Part shown: piece by piece, positions 1-12,423 of the stretch
How positions within the stretch are numbered: the first letter of the stretch is position 1
Layout of the letters: each line of letters begins with the position of its first letter
Origin: Octopus bimaculoides
Lineage: Eukaryota
NCBI RefSeq assembly: GCF_001194135.2
Contig: NC_069002.1
Coordinates: 27,936,043-27,982,829 of the forward strand
Reading direction: 5' to 3'
DNA: 46,787 nt
The notes under the pieces: generated by a model
What the model was told of the DNA's origin: nothing
What the model saw: only the letters and a program-made list of their open reading frames with translations
Database searches by the model: none
Position numbers and translations under genes: made by a program

Positions 1-294
1 TATCGAGCGAAAACATCTAAAGCTCCACAAGGTTCCGGCAGGGGATGGTGGCGAACCCTGCTGTACTCTTCCACCACAACTTTCTCTCACTCTTACTTCC
101 TGTTTCTGTTGTGCCTGTAATTCAAAGGGTCAGCCTTGTCACACTGTGTCACGCTGAATATCCCCGAGAACTACGTTAAGGGTACACGTGTCTGTGGAGT
201 GCTCAGCCACTTGCACGTTAATTTCACGAGCAGGCTGTTCCGTTGAGCGGATCAACTGGAACCCTCGACGTCGTAAGCAACGGAGTGCCAGCAA
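1..294 (+). mobile_element. tRNA-derived SINE, family A, cut off by the window start
   Basis: Near-identical to the body and 3' end of 16286-16674. Confidence 0.85.
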
Positions 295-299
295 CACTG

Positions 300-895
300 A
301 AATAATCACAGGAGAATTTCTTTGTACTAGCTTTTGTTGATCTGGAGAAGTCCTTTGACTGGACATAGTGTTTTGTAGTCTGGTGGTCATTAAGAAAACC
401 CATGTGTAGATTCAGGCATGGCTGTGTGATTACGAAGTTTACTTCCCAACCGCATGGTTCTGGGTTCAGTTCCACCGTGAGGCACCTTGGGTGAGTGTCT
501 TCTATGGCTCCGCACTGACAAAAGCCTTGTGAGGTGAGTGGATTTAAAGGATGGAAACTGAAAGAAGCCTGTTGTGTGTGTCTTGACATCACATGATTGT
601 TGTAAAGGAGAGTCATGGTTATATAAGCAGTGTCATTCATTTCCAGTGGTCTGCAAAAAACATACCTAACCAGGGTGGGGGATATTACTTAAGCTTGGAA
701 AGTGATGAAGGTTGGCAACAGGAAAGGCATCTGGTCATAGAAAATCTGTCCAATCACAGAAACATGGAAACAGGAACATTAAAATGATGGTAATGATGAT
801 GATGGTGAATGGTTTGTGAGAACCACACTAGACATATACAAAAATGCAGTCAGCAGAGTTAGAATTGGTAATGAGTTCAGCAAGGAATTTAGCAG
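300..895 (+). mobile_element. Old RTE LINE RT fragment (about 300-410 and 803-895) split by a family B SINE and a LINE 3'-tail repeat
   Basis: Pieces translate to LAFVDLEKSFD and EWFVRTTLDIYKNAVSRVRIGNEFSKEF, collinear with the RT at 28835-30148. Confidence 0.6.
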
Positions 896-909
896 GTGAC
901 CATTGTGAA

Positions 910-1395
910 GGCACATGACTCAGTGGTTAGAGCATCAGGTTCACAATCATGAGGTAGTGAGTTCAGTTTCTCAACCAGGCTGCGTGTTGTGTTCTTGAGC
1001 AAGACACTTTATTTCACGTTCCTTCAGTTCACTCAGCTGTAGAAATAAATTGCAACATCACTGATGCCAAACTGTATCGGCCTTTGCCTTTCCCTTGGTT
1101 AACATCAGTGGCATGGAGAGAGGAGGCTGGTATGCATGGGCGACTGCTGGTCTTCCATAAACAACCTTGCCTGGACTTATGCCTCAGAAGTTAACTTTCT
1201 AGGTACGATCCCATTGTCATTCATGACCAAAGGGGGTCTTTACTCTATGTACATAAAATGGCATGGTGATGGGACGCTGGTATGCATGAGTGACTGCTGG
1301 TCTTCTACAAACAACCTTGCTCAGACTTGTGCCTCAGAGGGGAACTTTCTTGGTGCAATTTCATGGTCATTTATAACTGAAGAGGGTCTTTATCC
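910..1395 (+). mobile_element. tRNA-derived SINE (distinct family) with a tandemly duplicated 3' segment
   Basis: A box gactcagtggttagagc and B-box-like gagttcagttt; the segment ggtatgcatg...ggtcttta occurs at about 1127-1243 and 1278-1392. Confidence 0.65.
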
Positions 1396-1631
1396 TAGCC
1401 AACCATCAGGACTTAATTCTCAGCTCCCTACTGTATATCATAGTTTCCTACAGTTTATCAGAGAAGTTTAACCTTTTTGATACTAACATGTCTAGGAGCA
1501 CATCTGGGAGAACCCCTGGTTTCATGATACAAACTTTCTGTTTTTCAGTAATTTAATTTAAAACCTCACAAGGAATTACACTTTAATGTATAATTTTGTC
1601 ATTATTAATCTGGTGTTCCAAACACCAGATT

Positions 1632-1852
1632 GATAATCCTTTCTACTGTCGGCACAAGGCCTGAAATTTTGGGAGAGGAGGCCAGTCGATTAGATTGATC
1701 CCAGTACGCAACTGGTACTTAATTTATTGGCCCTGAAAGGATGAAGGACAAAGTTAACCTCGGCGGAATTTGAACTCAGAACATAGCAGCAGATGAAATA
1801 CCGCTAAGCATTTCGCCTGGCGTGTTAACGATTCTGCCAGCTCGCCACCTTA
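1632..1852 (-). mobile_element. tRNA-derived SINE, family C
   Basis: Reverse complement of the gtgagctggcagaatcgttagca...gagttcaaattcc...aggccttgtgc element at 27555. Confidence 0.8.
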
Positions 1853-1984
1853 AACCCCAGATTAATAATGACAAGATCATTTTACTAAGAGGTAGCTGTA
1901 ATTTATCAGAAACATAATAACAAAGCTGTCTGTGGGAACTCCTTTATGCTGATAACCGAGTTCTTAAAATACTATTTATCTTTT

Positions 1985-2350
1985 ATTTGTTTCATTCATT
2001 GGACTGTGGCCATGCTGGGGCATTGTCTCCAGAGAATTGGATCAAACAAATCAACACAAATATTTATTTTAGTTTTTTAAGTCTGGTTGTCAAGCAATTG
2101 ACTGGACAAACACAAAGACACACACACACTCTCGCACACATACACATACATACAATCATGCATGCTCACATACATGCACACAATTGTACATACACAATGG
2201 GTTTCTAGACAATTTCCGTTTTCTAAATTGACTCACAAGATACTGGTTGGCCTGGAGCTACAGTAGAAGACACTTGTCCGAGGTGCTGTGCAGTGGGACT
2301 GAACCTGAAACCACATGGTATCAAAGCAAGCTTCTTAACTACAGGGCTAT
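1985..2350 (-). mobile_element. tRNA-derived SINE, family B
   Basis: Reverse complement of 13952-14360, including the internal (CA)n/(TA)n tract. Confidence 0.75.
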
Positions 2351-2544
2351 CATTTAATGTCCGTTTTCCACACTGGCATGGGTAAGATGGTTTGACAGGG
2401 AACCAGTGAGCTTCTGGGCTGCATCGGGTTCCAGTGTCACGTTTGACATGGTTTCTGTGACTGGATGTCCTTTCTAATGCCAAACACTTTATGGAATGTT
2501 CTGGGTGCATTTTTTGTGCCACTGGCACTAGTGAGGTCGCCATG

Positions 2545-3200
2545 TAAATTGCAAGACAAGAAAGAACAGAGAAAGAGAAGGAAAAGGGGGAAAAATCTAA
2601 ATCTACAAAGAAGAAGTATTTGGGAGGGGAAGATGGAGGTGAGTGGCTGTATGCCAGGTGTGATATGATAGAGGGACAAGCACAGGTATCTTACTGTAGA
2701 AGGGATACATGGCTGAAAGAGATAAGAATAAGGTAATGATGAGGTGTTTGAGTAACTCTCAAGGAACAAGGAGGTGAGCAAGTGAGGGGACAGGGACTGT
2801 AGATCATGGATCATAGGGAGAGAGGAATGAGTGCATGCTTTCATAGGAGTGTAAGTGTGGAGTGAACAGGTGGAGGCAGAGGTCAGTGTAGAGAGTGGTG
2901 AACAAGGGTTGGGGTGCAGATGATGGGAAATACCAGTATGGAGAGGGATATAAAGTGGGAGATATAGGATTGGAGCCGAGAACAGAAATTAGTGGGATCA
3001 CGTACAAGGTGCAGGAGTTGTCGATAGGGAGTTGTAGGGATACATAAGGGGATGTAGTAGGGGCAGGGGTCATGATGGTAGATATGGGAGGGTATTGAGA
3101 ATGATAGTAGATAAGAGAAATGTTTAGAATGGAGTATAGCAGAGGGGAGAAAGAGAGCAGTGGCTGAAGGCACAGAAAGGAGGTGATTGGTTGGAATAGT
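2545..3200 (-). mobile_element. Possible highly degenerate Penelope-like ORF fragment
   Basis: Pyrimidine-rich minus strand with broken frames loosely resembling the PLE region upstream of the GIY-YIG domain; no clean motif. Confidence 0.3.
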
Positions 3201-3450
3201 TTGGGGAGATATGTATAAGAAGAAAGGTTCTTTTACGAGATAATTTTGTAATCCTACAGCAGATATTTTGTCATAGTTTTCTATTTGCATAAGGCCTCTA
3301 TCTCTGTTAATGATAAATATAATATTTCTATATCAGATTTCAGATAATGTATGCTAAGGACAGTTATTATTTTCTGTCTAATCTTTCTAATTCATTCAGT
3401 ATCCATTTTAGAATATTTTGGTTATAATTATTACTGGAACAAATAGAATA

Positions 3451-3688
3451 CAGTAATCCCTTGCGATATTGTGGTTCACCCATCACGGTTCACCTATTGC
3501 ACTTTATTATTTAAACTTATGTCGATTTCTCCGTGGTGTAGTTTTGCATTTATAATAAAATAAATATATACAAATTACAAAAATAACGAAAAAAAAATAT
3601 TCAGTACAGTACTGTTTCTACTTCACGGTTTTTCACCTACCGCAGGAGTTTTTGGAACATAACACCTGCAATAGTCAAGGGATTACTG
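3451..3688. mobile_element. Tc1/mariner-superfamily (Tigger/pogo-like) MITE
   Basis: TIRs CAGTAATCCCTTG...CAAGGGATTACTG with TA on both flanks. Confidence 0.8.
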
Positions 3689-5129
3689 TATTATCTTGTG
3701 TTTAGCCCTGTTTTTTTTAAAGTATTAATCTTCCGAGCCTGTAATATTCCTTTCTAATCCTTTCTTCCATTTGTATCTGCTGTTCTCAGTTTAGTTCATT
3801 GATTCCTAAGTATTTGTAAGTCTGTGTTTGCTCAAAGTGAATCATCTCAGATTCTTTCCTGAACATGGTATTCGTGTTCTTAATTAATTTCCTTCTTTTC
3901 AAGCTTTTCTTGGTACATTTTACTTATTCAAATTCCATATAAATTCTTTTAGTAGGTCCATGTACTGTTTGTGGAAGTGTTTCTACTTGTTTATCATCTG
4001 CAGTGATAGTCCATATACAAAAGAAAGCTGATTTTCTTCCCATAAAATTGCATTCAATTACAAATTTAACACCTTTAAATTTGTTTTAACCCTTTTGCTC
4101 ATATATTTTCATTGGAATGCACTACTTTTGTTTCAATTAATTTCTAAAACAACGAAGAATTTAGTAAAATAACTTTCTCATTATTAAGCAGATGTTAGGA
4201 ACATATGACATGGAATTTTGATGGAAGAATGTCATTTAGATTTTGGTTAGCTTTATTGGAATTTTTTAATGGCAGTAAAAGAATCATCCTCACCACCATA
4301 ACCACCACCACCAAGTAGGTTTGTATCATAGAAAAAGGGGTGATTTCAGGTGGGTTGGTATTAAAATGGTTAAAGATGTTAGCACCTGGCTAAAAAGGAG
4401 AGAGGAATTTCCCTTGGAATATTCATCTTCCAATAGAAAAGGGTTTAGTTTTTAATATTCCTTCCTTTCATCTGTATTGGCAGGATTCTTTACCATTTAC
4501 TGATAATGTGTTTAACGTATCACTTTATTGTTGGCACTAGCTACTCATGGCTTATGTTTCCAGGATCCATGTGCAGGATATATTGCCAAAACCTTCTGGT
4601 AATCAATCCATGCCCTGATCTTTCTTTCTTTCTTTCTCCTTCTACACTCTTTAGTTATGATTTTATTGATCAACAATTGATCTTTACAGCCATAGGGACC
4701 TTTGTAGCATCCTGTGAATTTGTTCAGTTTTGCCCAAACTTGTTCAGTATCAGAACATTACTAACTTATGGAGTTCTGTCAAATAGCTGCAGATCTGGCC
4801 ATCAGCTGATTCCACCATGAAGATCGTAGCCCATCATTTTCTTTTGGTTAGCAAGGGGGAATTTTCTTCATTCTAGTGTCTATGGCAAAAGATATGTGGT
4901 AGACATGACTGAACGTACTTCAGACTGACCTTTTCCCTACAGCCAAGACCTCATCATCGTTTTCAAATCTCATTTTAATTAAACAAGAAGGTGAGAGGAG
5001 CAGAGAGGGAAGTGATGTTCTGTAGTTAACCTTTTGAAAAGTGGACAAGGGGTATGATTTGAGGAAAATGGGATTGCTTTCAGTTTCTCTTTGTAGGCTG
5101 GAGAATACAGCTAGGAGGGGCTGCTTAAC

Positions 5130-7030
5130 CATTGTTGTTGATGTATTCCTCCTCTTCCCCTCCCCTCACTCTCATTACCCTCCCTCATCCTCCCCCTCAC
5201 CTTCATTACCCTCCCCTCTTTATCATCCTCCTCTTCTTCCTCACCCTCATTACTCTCCCCTCTTCATCACCCTTCTCTTAGCCTCCACTCCCTCCCCAGT
5301 CTCTNNNNNNNNNNNNNNNNNNNNNNNNNNNNNNNNNNNNNNNNNNNNNNNNNNNNNNNNNNNNNNNNNNNNNNNNNNNNNNNNNNNNNNNNNNNNNNNN
5401 NNNNNNNNNNNNNNNNNNNNNNNNNNNNNNNNNNNNNNNNNNNNNNNNNNNNNNNNNNNNNNNNNNNNNNNNNNNNNNNNNNNNNNNNNNNNNNNNNNNN
5501 NNNNNNNNNNNNNNGCCTCCGCCGCCGCCACCACTACCACCACCACCACTACTGTTGTCTATTATTGTGAGGATCAATATAGCATTAATGTCATATACTG
5601 ATCTTTTTTTTCTTTCCCTCCATTAAACTTCATCCAACTTGTCAGATTTCCTCCCACAAAGTGAGACAAAACAAAAAGAAAAATTTAAAAAATGAAAAAA
5701 AATGGGAAAGAGAAAAAAAATTCCTGAGAACGAAATGTTGTTTCTTTAATGTCAACTAAAGATATTCTGCAATGACAAGTGCAGAAATTATGTTTTGATT
5801 TGGATTGGAACGAGATAAAAAGATTTAATAAAATGTTAAGAACATCCATTTAATTATTATCAGTGTGACTTTTAAAACTGAGATGATAATCTTAATCTGG
5901 GAAATATATTTTACTGAGCTTTACTTGGAAAATGTTTTTAATGGCAGAAAAAGAATCAATATTATCAACATCATCATCATATCATCATCATCATTGTCAC
6001 CACCACCACCACCACCACTATCGTCATCATCATATCATCATCAACATTGTCACCACCACTACCATTGTCACTACCACCACAACCACCACCACCACCATCA
6101 TCATCAACATTGTTATTACCACCACCACCACCNNNNNNNNNNNNNNNNNNNNNNNNNNNNNNNNNNNNNNNNNNNNNNNNNNNNNNNNNNNNNNNNNNNN
6201 NNNNNNNNNNNNNNNNNNNNNNNNNNNNNNNNNNNNNNNNNNNNNNNNNNNNNNNNNNNNNNNNNNNNNNNNNNNNNNNNNNNNNNNNNNNNNNNNNNNN
6301 NNNNNNNNNNNNNNNNNNNNNNNNNNNNNNNNNNNNNNNNNNNNNNNNNNNNNNNNNNNNNNNNNNNNNNNNNNNNNNNNNNNNNNNNNNNNNNNNNNNN
6401 NNNNNNNNNNNNNNNNNNNNNNNNNNNNNNNNNNNNNNNNNNNNNNNNNNNNNNNNNNNNNNNNNNNNNNNNNNNNNNNNNNNNNNNNNNNNNNNNNNNN
6501 NNNNNNNNNNNNNNNNNNNNNNNNNNNNNNNNNNNNNNNNNNNNNNNNNNNNNNNNNNNNNNNNNNNNNNNNNNNNNNNNNNNNNNNNNNNNNNNNNNNN
6601 NNNNNNNNNNNNNNNNNNNNNNNNNNNNNNNNNNNNNNNNNNNNNNNNNNNNNNNNNNNNNNNNNNNNNNNNNNNNNNNNNNNNNNNNNNNNNNNNNNNN
6701 NNNNNNNNNNNNNNNNNNNNNNNNNNNNNNNNNNNNNNNNNNNNNNNNNNNNNNNNNNNNNNNNNNNNNNNNNNNNNNNNNNNNNNNNNNNNNNNNNNNN
6801 NNNNNNNNNNNNNNNNNNNNNNNNNNNNNNNNNNNNNNNNNNNNNACCACTGCCACAGCTGCCGCCGCCACCACCACCACTAGCACTACCACCACAACTA
6901 CCACCACTACCGCCATCATCATCAACATTGTCATTACCACCACTACCATCAGCACCACTGCCACAGCTGCCGCCGCCACCACCACCACTAGCACTACCAC
7001 CAGCATCAGCACCACCACCCTCACCACCAC
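5130..7030. repeat. (CCT)n and (CAC/CAT)n low-complexity tracts around two gaps, with a compound unit of about 108 bp repeated at 6846-7020
   Basis: Seen directly; source of the poly-H/T/P/V ORFs. Confidence 0.9.
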
Positions 7031-7420
7031 TAAATGTCCATGTTCCCTGCCAGCATCTGTTGAACAGTTTGGTAGGATCTAATGTAGTTCCAAAGAACTA
7101 CATTATGCTCCATTCGTCTGCTTTGGCATTGCTTTTGTGGCTTGATGCCTTCCTAATGCCAACCATTTTACTGTATGATGGGGGTTACTTTATTTCGTAG
7201 CACCTGCGTTATTGAGATCATAATGAAGTTTGGAAGATTACAAACCTCAAGGTAGGGAGCTTTATGCTATAAGATTAGGGGTTAAAATATGTGTGTTTTT
7301 GTGTTGGTGTGTGTGTGTGTGTGTGTGTGCCTGTGTATCTGAAAGGAGTGTCAATGGGAAAAAGAAGGAAAGGTGAAAGAAGAAAATTGTGTTTACAGCT
7401 GGTCAGTTCTTTCAATAACA

Positions 7421-7536
7421 AGTTTATTCTTGACCTTTTAAAAATGGCAAAACCAGGTGGCATTGTTTGGAAGAAACAACTTTCTTCCAAACAATGCCAC
7501 CTGGTTTTGCCATTTTTAAAAGGTCAAGAATAAACT
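7421..7536. repeat. Perfect 56-bp inverted repeat with a CAAC loop, abutting a gap
   Basis: 7421-7476 is the exact reverse complement of 7481-7536. Confidence 0.95.
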
Positions 7537-8461
7537 NNNNNNNNNNNNNNNNNNNNNNNNNNNNNNNNNNNNNNNNNNNNNNNNNNNNNNNNNNNNNNNN
7601 NNNNNNNNNNNNNNNNNNNNNNNNNNNNNNNNNNNNNNNNNNNNNNNNNNNNNNNNNNNNNNNNNNNNNNNNNNNNNNNNNNNNNNNNNNNNNNNNNNNN
7701 NNNNNNNNNNNNNNNNNNNNNNNNNNNNNNNNNNNNNNNNNNNNNNNNNNNNNNNNNNNNNNNNNNNNNNNNNNNNNNNNNNNNNNNNNNNNNNNNNNNN
7801 NNNNNNNNNNNNNNNNNNNNNNNNNNNNNNNNNNNNNNNNNNNNNNNNNNNNNNNNNNNNNNNNNNNNNNNNNNNNNNNNNNNNNNNNNNNNNNNNNNNN
7901 NNNNNNNNNNNNNNNNNNNNNNNNNNNNNNNNNNNNNNNNNNNNNNNNNNNNNNNNNNNNNNNNNNNNNNNNNNNNNNNNNNNNNNNNNNNNNNNNNNNN
8001 NATATATGTGTGTGTGTATATTATATATATGTATATATATACATACATCTATATTATATATACATATATATATATTTATATATATGACGGGCTTCTTTCA
8101 GTTTCCATCTAATAAATCCATTCACAAGGCTTTGGTTGGCTCGAGGCTATAGTAGAAGACACTTGTTCAAGGTGTCACACAGTGATACTGAACCCAGAAC
8201 CATGTGGTTGGGAAGCAAGCTTCTTGCCACACAGCCATATATAAATGAATGAAAAAAAAAAAGAATTAAATGGTCAAAGAAAAAAAGCTAAAAGAATCAC
8301 ATTTGAAGTGAGACAGGGATTTCTACTTGGGTCAAATTGGCTGAGTGACCTCTGAGGCCACTGATCCCCAGCATGAAGCTTGAGTTTCAAGACTTAGCAA
8401 TCCTGTTTCAGTTCTTAGACATTTGCAATTGTGAAATCTTCCTCTTACAAACCAGATAGAC

Positions 8462-9060
8462 ATAGCCATGGCAGTGTGGTTAAACAGTTCGTTTTTCAAT
8501 CACCTTGTCTTGGGTTCGGTCTCACTGCATGACATTTTGGGTAAGTGTCTTCCATTATAGCCTCAGGCCAACCACTGCTGGCCAGTATCTTATGAATGAG
8601 ATTGGTCCGTGGAATTTGTGAGAAAGCCTGTTGTGCATGTTTGCATGTGTGTGTGTGTGTGTGTGTGTCTCTGAAAGCATATTTTGTATATGTGTGTGTA
8701 TGAAAGCCTGTTTTATGTATGTTTGTGTATAAAAAACTATTTTGTATAGTTATGTTTGTCTGTGAGAAAGCTTATTTTGTGTGTGTGTGGGTGTCTGTAT
8801 GTGTGTGTGTATATATGTGTGTTTGTAAAAGCATCTTTGTGTATGTGTGTATCTGTGTAAAAGCCTGTTTTCTGTGTGTGTGTATGTGTGTCGGTAAAAG
8901 CCTATTTGTGTGTGTGTGTATCTGTGAAAGCCTGTTTTGTGTGTGTGCGTGTATGAAAGCTTATTTTGTGTGTGTGTGTGCTTGTGTGTATGTATGTATG
9001 TGTGTTTGTGTGTTTGTGTGTGTGGCTACCAGTGTGTTCTGTTTTGTGTGTCTGTCTGTC
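8462..9060 (+). repeat. Family B SINE 5' half running into a (gaaagc..ttttgtgtgtg)n minisatellite
   Basis: SINE head at about 8465-8620, then about 10 aaagc-anchored units interleaved with (GT)n. Confidence 0.7.
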
Positions 9061-9234
9061 ACTTTGTATGCCTGTCCATCTGCCAGCCTCTTCATATGTC
9101 TTTGCATTTTTCATCCACAACTTAACAATGAGATAAATATTAATCACTAAAATAAGGACCTGATTAAAAAAAAAAAAATCTATAATAAATGTGAAATTCT
9201 GTCTGTCCATTCGTCTGTTTGGGACCCCTGTATC

Positions 9235-9577
9235 TCAGTCTACATTTGCTCTACATAGACATATTATACCTTTTTGGAATCAGGATGATCCCAGGATTGA
9301 AAATCTGCCCTTAATTTACTTCTTGAGTATCCAGCATTATGATCAGATCTTGATGAGGATTTCTTATAAGCTAACAGTTAAAAATTCAAATTTTAAAAGA
9401 ACCCCCCAAATTTGTGAACTTCCAAGTTTTTCATTTAAACTGAATTTAAAGCAATACCATATTGGTAGGGTACCAATAAATGCTTTATTATCATTGCTTT
9501 CTTTAGTTTTGGGCCAGAGGCCCAATTAGCCCTCCACAGGAGCTAGCTTAACAGTCTGCATGGAGTGTGGCTTTTAA
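9235..9577 (+). repeat. Unclassified interspersed repeat; inverted copy at 28137-28483
   Basis: Direct comparison with the reverse complement of 28137-28483; both copies end at TTAA. Confidence 0.85.
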
Positions 9578-9697
9578 GCATGTACATATATAAGTACCAG
9601 AGTTGATATGAAAACTAAAACAAAAACCCTTCAAGGCAATATCCCAGCATGGCCACGATCTTATGATGAAAACTGGTAAAAGACTTAAAGAATATTT

Positions 9698-10038
9698 TAC
9701 TGTATTTGATGGCCTATAAGACACACAAGTGCATAGGATGCACCCTAGCCTAGGCTATACTTTTGTAAGATAAACTACCACTAAAATAATATTTTAATTC
9801 CTCCACTTACCTGTATAACTTTGTTATTACTAGTAATTATAAGCAATTTACTGCAACCATATTCGATATAAACATACCGTAGGCAATTGTTCACCAATAG
9901 ATGGCGGCACATGTTTTGTAGACGTACATACTGTTTTGAGTGAGTTTTGAGCCTACATTGATTGCATTGGATGCAGGGGGATTTTTAAAACCATTTTTGG
10001 ATAAAAAAGGTGCGTCTTATATGCCATCAAATACGGTA
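9698..10038. mobile_element. Tc1/mariner-superfamily MITE
   Basis: TIRs of about 28 bp, C(T/C)GTATTTGATGGC(C/A)TATAAGAC(A/G)CAC, with TA on both ends; ends about 100 bp before the first visible exon. Confidence 0.8.
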
Positions 10039-10140
10039 ATTATTGACAAGATGAATGCTTGGTTGCAGCAGACTCCAGGAATATTGTTGCACTTCTTTTC
10101 TATTGAATTTACAATAAATTTTGTTTGGTTTTTTTTTTAG

Positions 10141-10275
10141 TGTATGCCTGGTCTTGGAACTAAAGTTCTCTATGAGTTGCTCTACAATCCACCAACCAAA
10201 ATCCTTGTTTTAACTGGCTGTAGCATTGTTTCAACATTTGTAGCAGAAGCGGCCAAAATGTGGAACCTTGTTGTT
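10141..10275 (+). CDS. GABBR1: GABA-B receptor subunit 1, first exon visible in the window (VFT: [20 protein letters not shown]...[11 protein letters not shown])
   Basis: Polypyrimidine tract and AG at 10139-10140, GTAAGT donor at 10276, 135 nt, phase 0/0. Matches the GABA-B1 segment CDPGQATKYLYELLYNDP...AEAARMWNLIV as I recall it. Confidence 0.95.
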
Positions 10276-10315
10276 GTAAGTTTTAACCTTGCTACCACTT
10301 TATGTAACACCATCA

Positions 10316-10525
10316 TCATCATCATCATCATCATCGTTTAACGTCCACTTTCCATGCTCGCATGGGTTGGACGATTTGACTGAGGACTGGTGAACCAGAT
10401 GGCTGCACCAGGCTCCAATCTGATCTGGCAGAGTTTCTACAGCTGGATGCCCTTCCTAATGCCAACCACTCCGAGAGTGTAGTGGGTACTTTTACATGCC
10501 ACTGGCACGAGAGCCAGTCAGTGAC
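10316..10525 (-). mobile_element. LINE (probably RTE) 3'-end repeat with (GAT)n tail; other copies at about 2355-2545, 7035-7150, 13200-13400 (+), 22465-22860, 34080-34310, 40085-40390, 46270-46787 (+)
   Basis: Shared core gatgcccttcctaatgccaaccact and a catcatcat tail. The RTE assignment is inferred from the trinucleotide tail. Confidence 0.7.
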
Positions 10526-10764
10526 ATATATATATTTACAACTGAAATAATGAAACATACTTGTAATTATTATGAAAAACAAAACAAAAAAAGAAAAAAA
10601 AAAGAACTACCTGTTAATTGATATGAACACCATAAAGGTCAATTTTGCCTTTAATCCTTTTGGGGTTAATAAAATAAGTACCTGTCGAGCACTGGGGTTG
10701 ATGAAATTCACTAGTCCCTTCCCATCAAAATTTCAAGCCTTGTGCTTATCGTAAAAAGAATTAT

Positions 10765-11552
10765 TATTATTGTTATTATTGAGTGAGAGCACAGTGCATG
10801 CCATCAAAGTGACACTGGGGTAAAATATACAAAGCCCAGTATACCCATAATGACTACCTGTTTGATAAGAGTACCCCAGGCACATGCATCACAATCATAT
10901 GTGCATGACATGGTGATCTCATATCAAGATAAACAGTGCATGACCTTGCAGGTGGGGTCCAGTTAGAATTTTCTTCAGGTCGAGTAGCCCATCCCACTCA
11001 AAAGGTCCCTGAATAAGGGTTGTTTAAGGATGTTGAATGAAACACCCATGTTTCCGAAGTTGAATTATCTAAACCAAGAGAATTCCTCTCAACGCATGGC
11101 TATAATGTTCCCCCACTACTTCTGTTTGTGATCAGAGATGCACATATCGTCAGCCACTAAGGGACATGCTCAACTGGTTAAGGTCAAACAACTGACAAAC
11201 AAATCCATGGTACTGAGCAGAATATTTGCTGTAGTCCATCTTTTATACCAAGACAAAACAATGTACATGATAACACTTCCAATCAGTTAAGATCAGAAGC
11301 CACGAGAGCCACTGCCTGGTACTACACCAAGGCATTTATTATTATTATTGGAGAACGAAAGAACAATGCATGGCATCAAAGTGACACTGGGGTACAAATA
11401 TATGAAGCCCAATATACTCAGCATGACTACCCGTCTGATTAGGGTACACCAGGCACATGCATCACAACCATATGTGCGCAACATGGTGATCTCACATCAA
11501 GATAAACAACGCATGACCTTGCAGGTGGGGCCCAGTTAGAATTTTCTTCAGG
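10765..11552 (-). mobile_element. Retroelement-like unit of about 570 bp with (TAA)n tail plus an abutting 215-bp truncated copy
   Basis: 10765-10980 recurs at 11336-11552; both copies begin with (TTA)n on the + strand. Confidence 0.7.
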
Positions 11553-12030
11553 TTTTTGGAGGGCCCATGTAACAAAATAGTTAATCAAGGGCCCCTAAAA
11601 AAATCTTGCTTTAGGTGTATGCATTACAAGAAACAGCTAAGTTCCTTTCTCCACCATTTTATGTAGTTCAACCTACATGAGTGAACATGTGAAAAACAAA
11701 ATAGGAATTTTGAAAGAAATTTCTATAAAACTAGTTTTTAAACATCAAATGGCTTTGGGAGTCCACCTGAATAAAATAGTAACCAAAGGGGTCGACAAAT
11801 GAAAAAAATGGTTGAAAACCTCTAAATCATTATTATTGCTACACGATAATTTGTTACATTTCTAGAAACTTCCATACCTAGCTTTTTCTGAATTCATGTG
11901 TAACAGTTGGAAACTATGTTCTCTGTCTGTCTTTCTCTCTCACACTCATATATACACACATACATACACAAACACACACACCTGTTTGTTTGTTGCTTTC
12001 ATTGCTTCTTACTTCTTTCAATATTTGCAG

Positions 12031-12201
12031 CTTGCTTATGGTGCCAGTTCTCCAGCTTTGTCCAATCGAGATCGATTTCCAACATTTTTTCGGACTCATC
12101 CTTCAGCTACGCTGCATAATCCAACACGAGTAAAGTTATTCCAGCGCTATAAATGGAAACGAATTGCTACCATCCAAGTGTCTCTTGAAGTATTTACTTC
12201 T
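12031..12201 (+). CDS. GABBR1: GABA-B1 exon ([37 protein letters not shown]...EVFTS)
   Basis: CAG acceptor, GTAAGT donor, 171 nt; near-invariant GABA-B1 motif [20 protein letters not shown]. Confidence 0.97.
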
Positions 12202-12423
12202 GTAAGTTATAATTTATAATTTCCTTTCCTTACAAAACAATAAAGTTGCATGTATTTCGAAACATTGGCTCCCGAGTCTCATTTTCCATCTTATCTCAAG
12301 TTCACATGAGCAGCCCTCAACTTTTTCCATGAAAGGGTTTTTTTCAACCCAACATTTCCATGCTATTTATATATTGCTTTATTTGCTTTGAGGCATGCCA
12401 TTAATAAAGAAAAAAAAAAGATA

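Noticed and set aside
139-640. Short ORFs recurring across copies (e.g. STEQPAREINVQVAEHSTDTC, VELNPEPCGW)
   Set aside because: Incidental frames of SINE families A and B, not genes.
5041-8087. Long ORFs of 170-420 aa (poly-H/T/P/V/X)
   Set aside because: Produced by trinucleotide repeats and N-gaps, which contain no stop codons.
1-10140. Search for the N-terminal GABA-B1 exons (signal peptide, GW.GG.AC.PA...DVN motif)
   Set aside because: No convincing match by eye; they are probably upstream or inside the gaps at 5305-8000.
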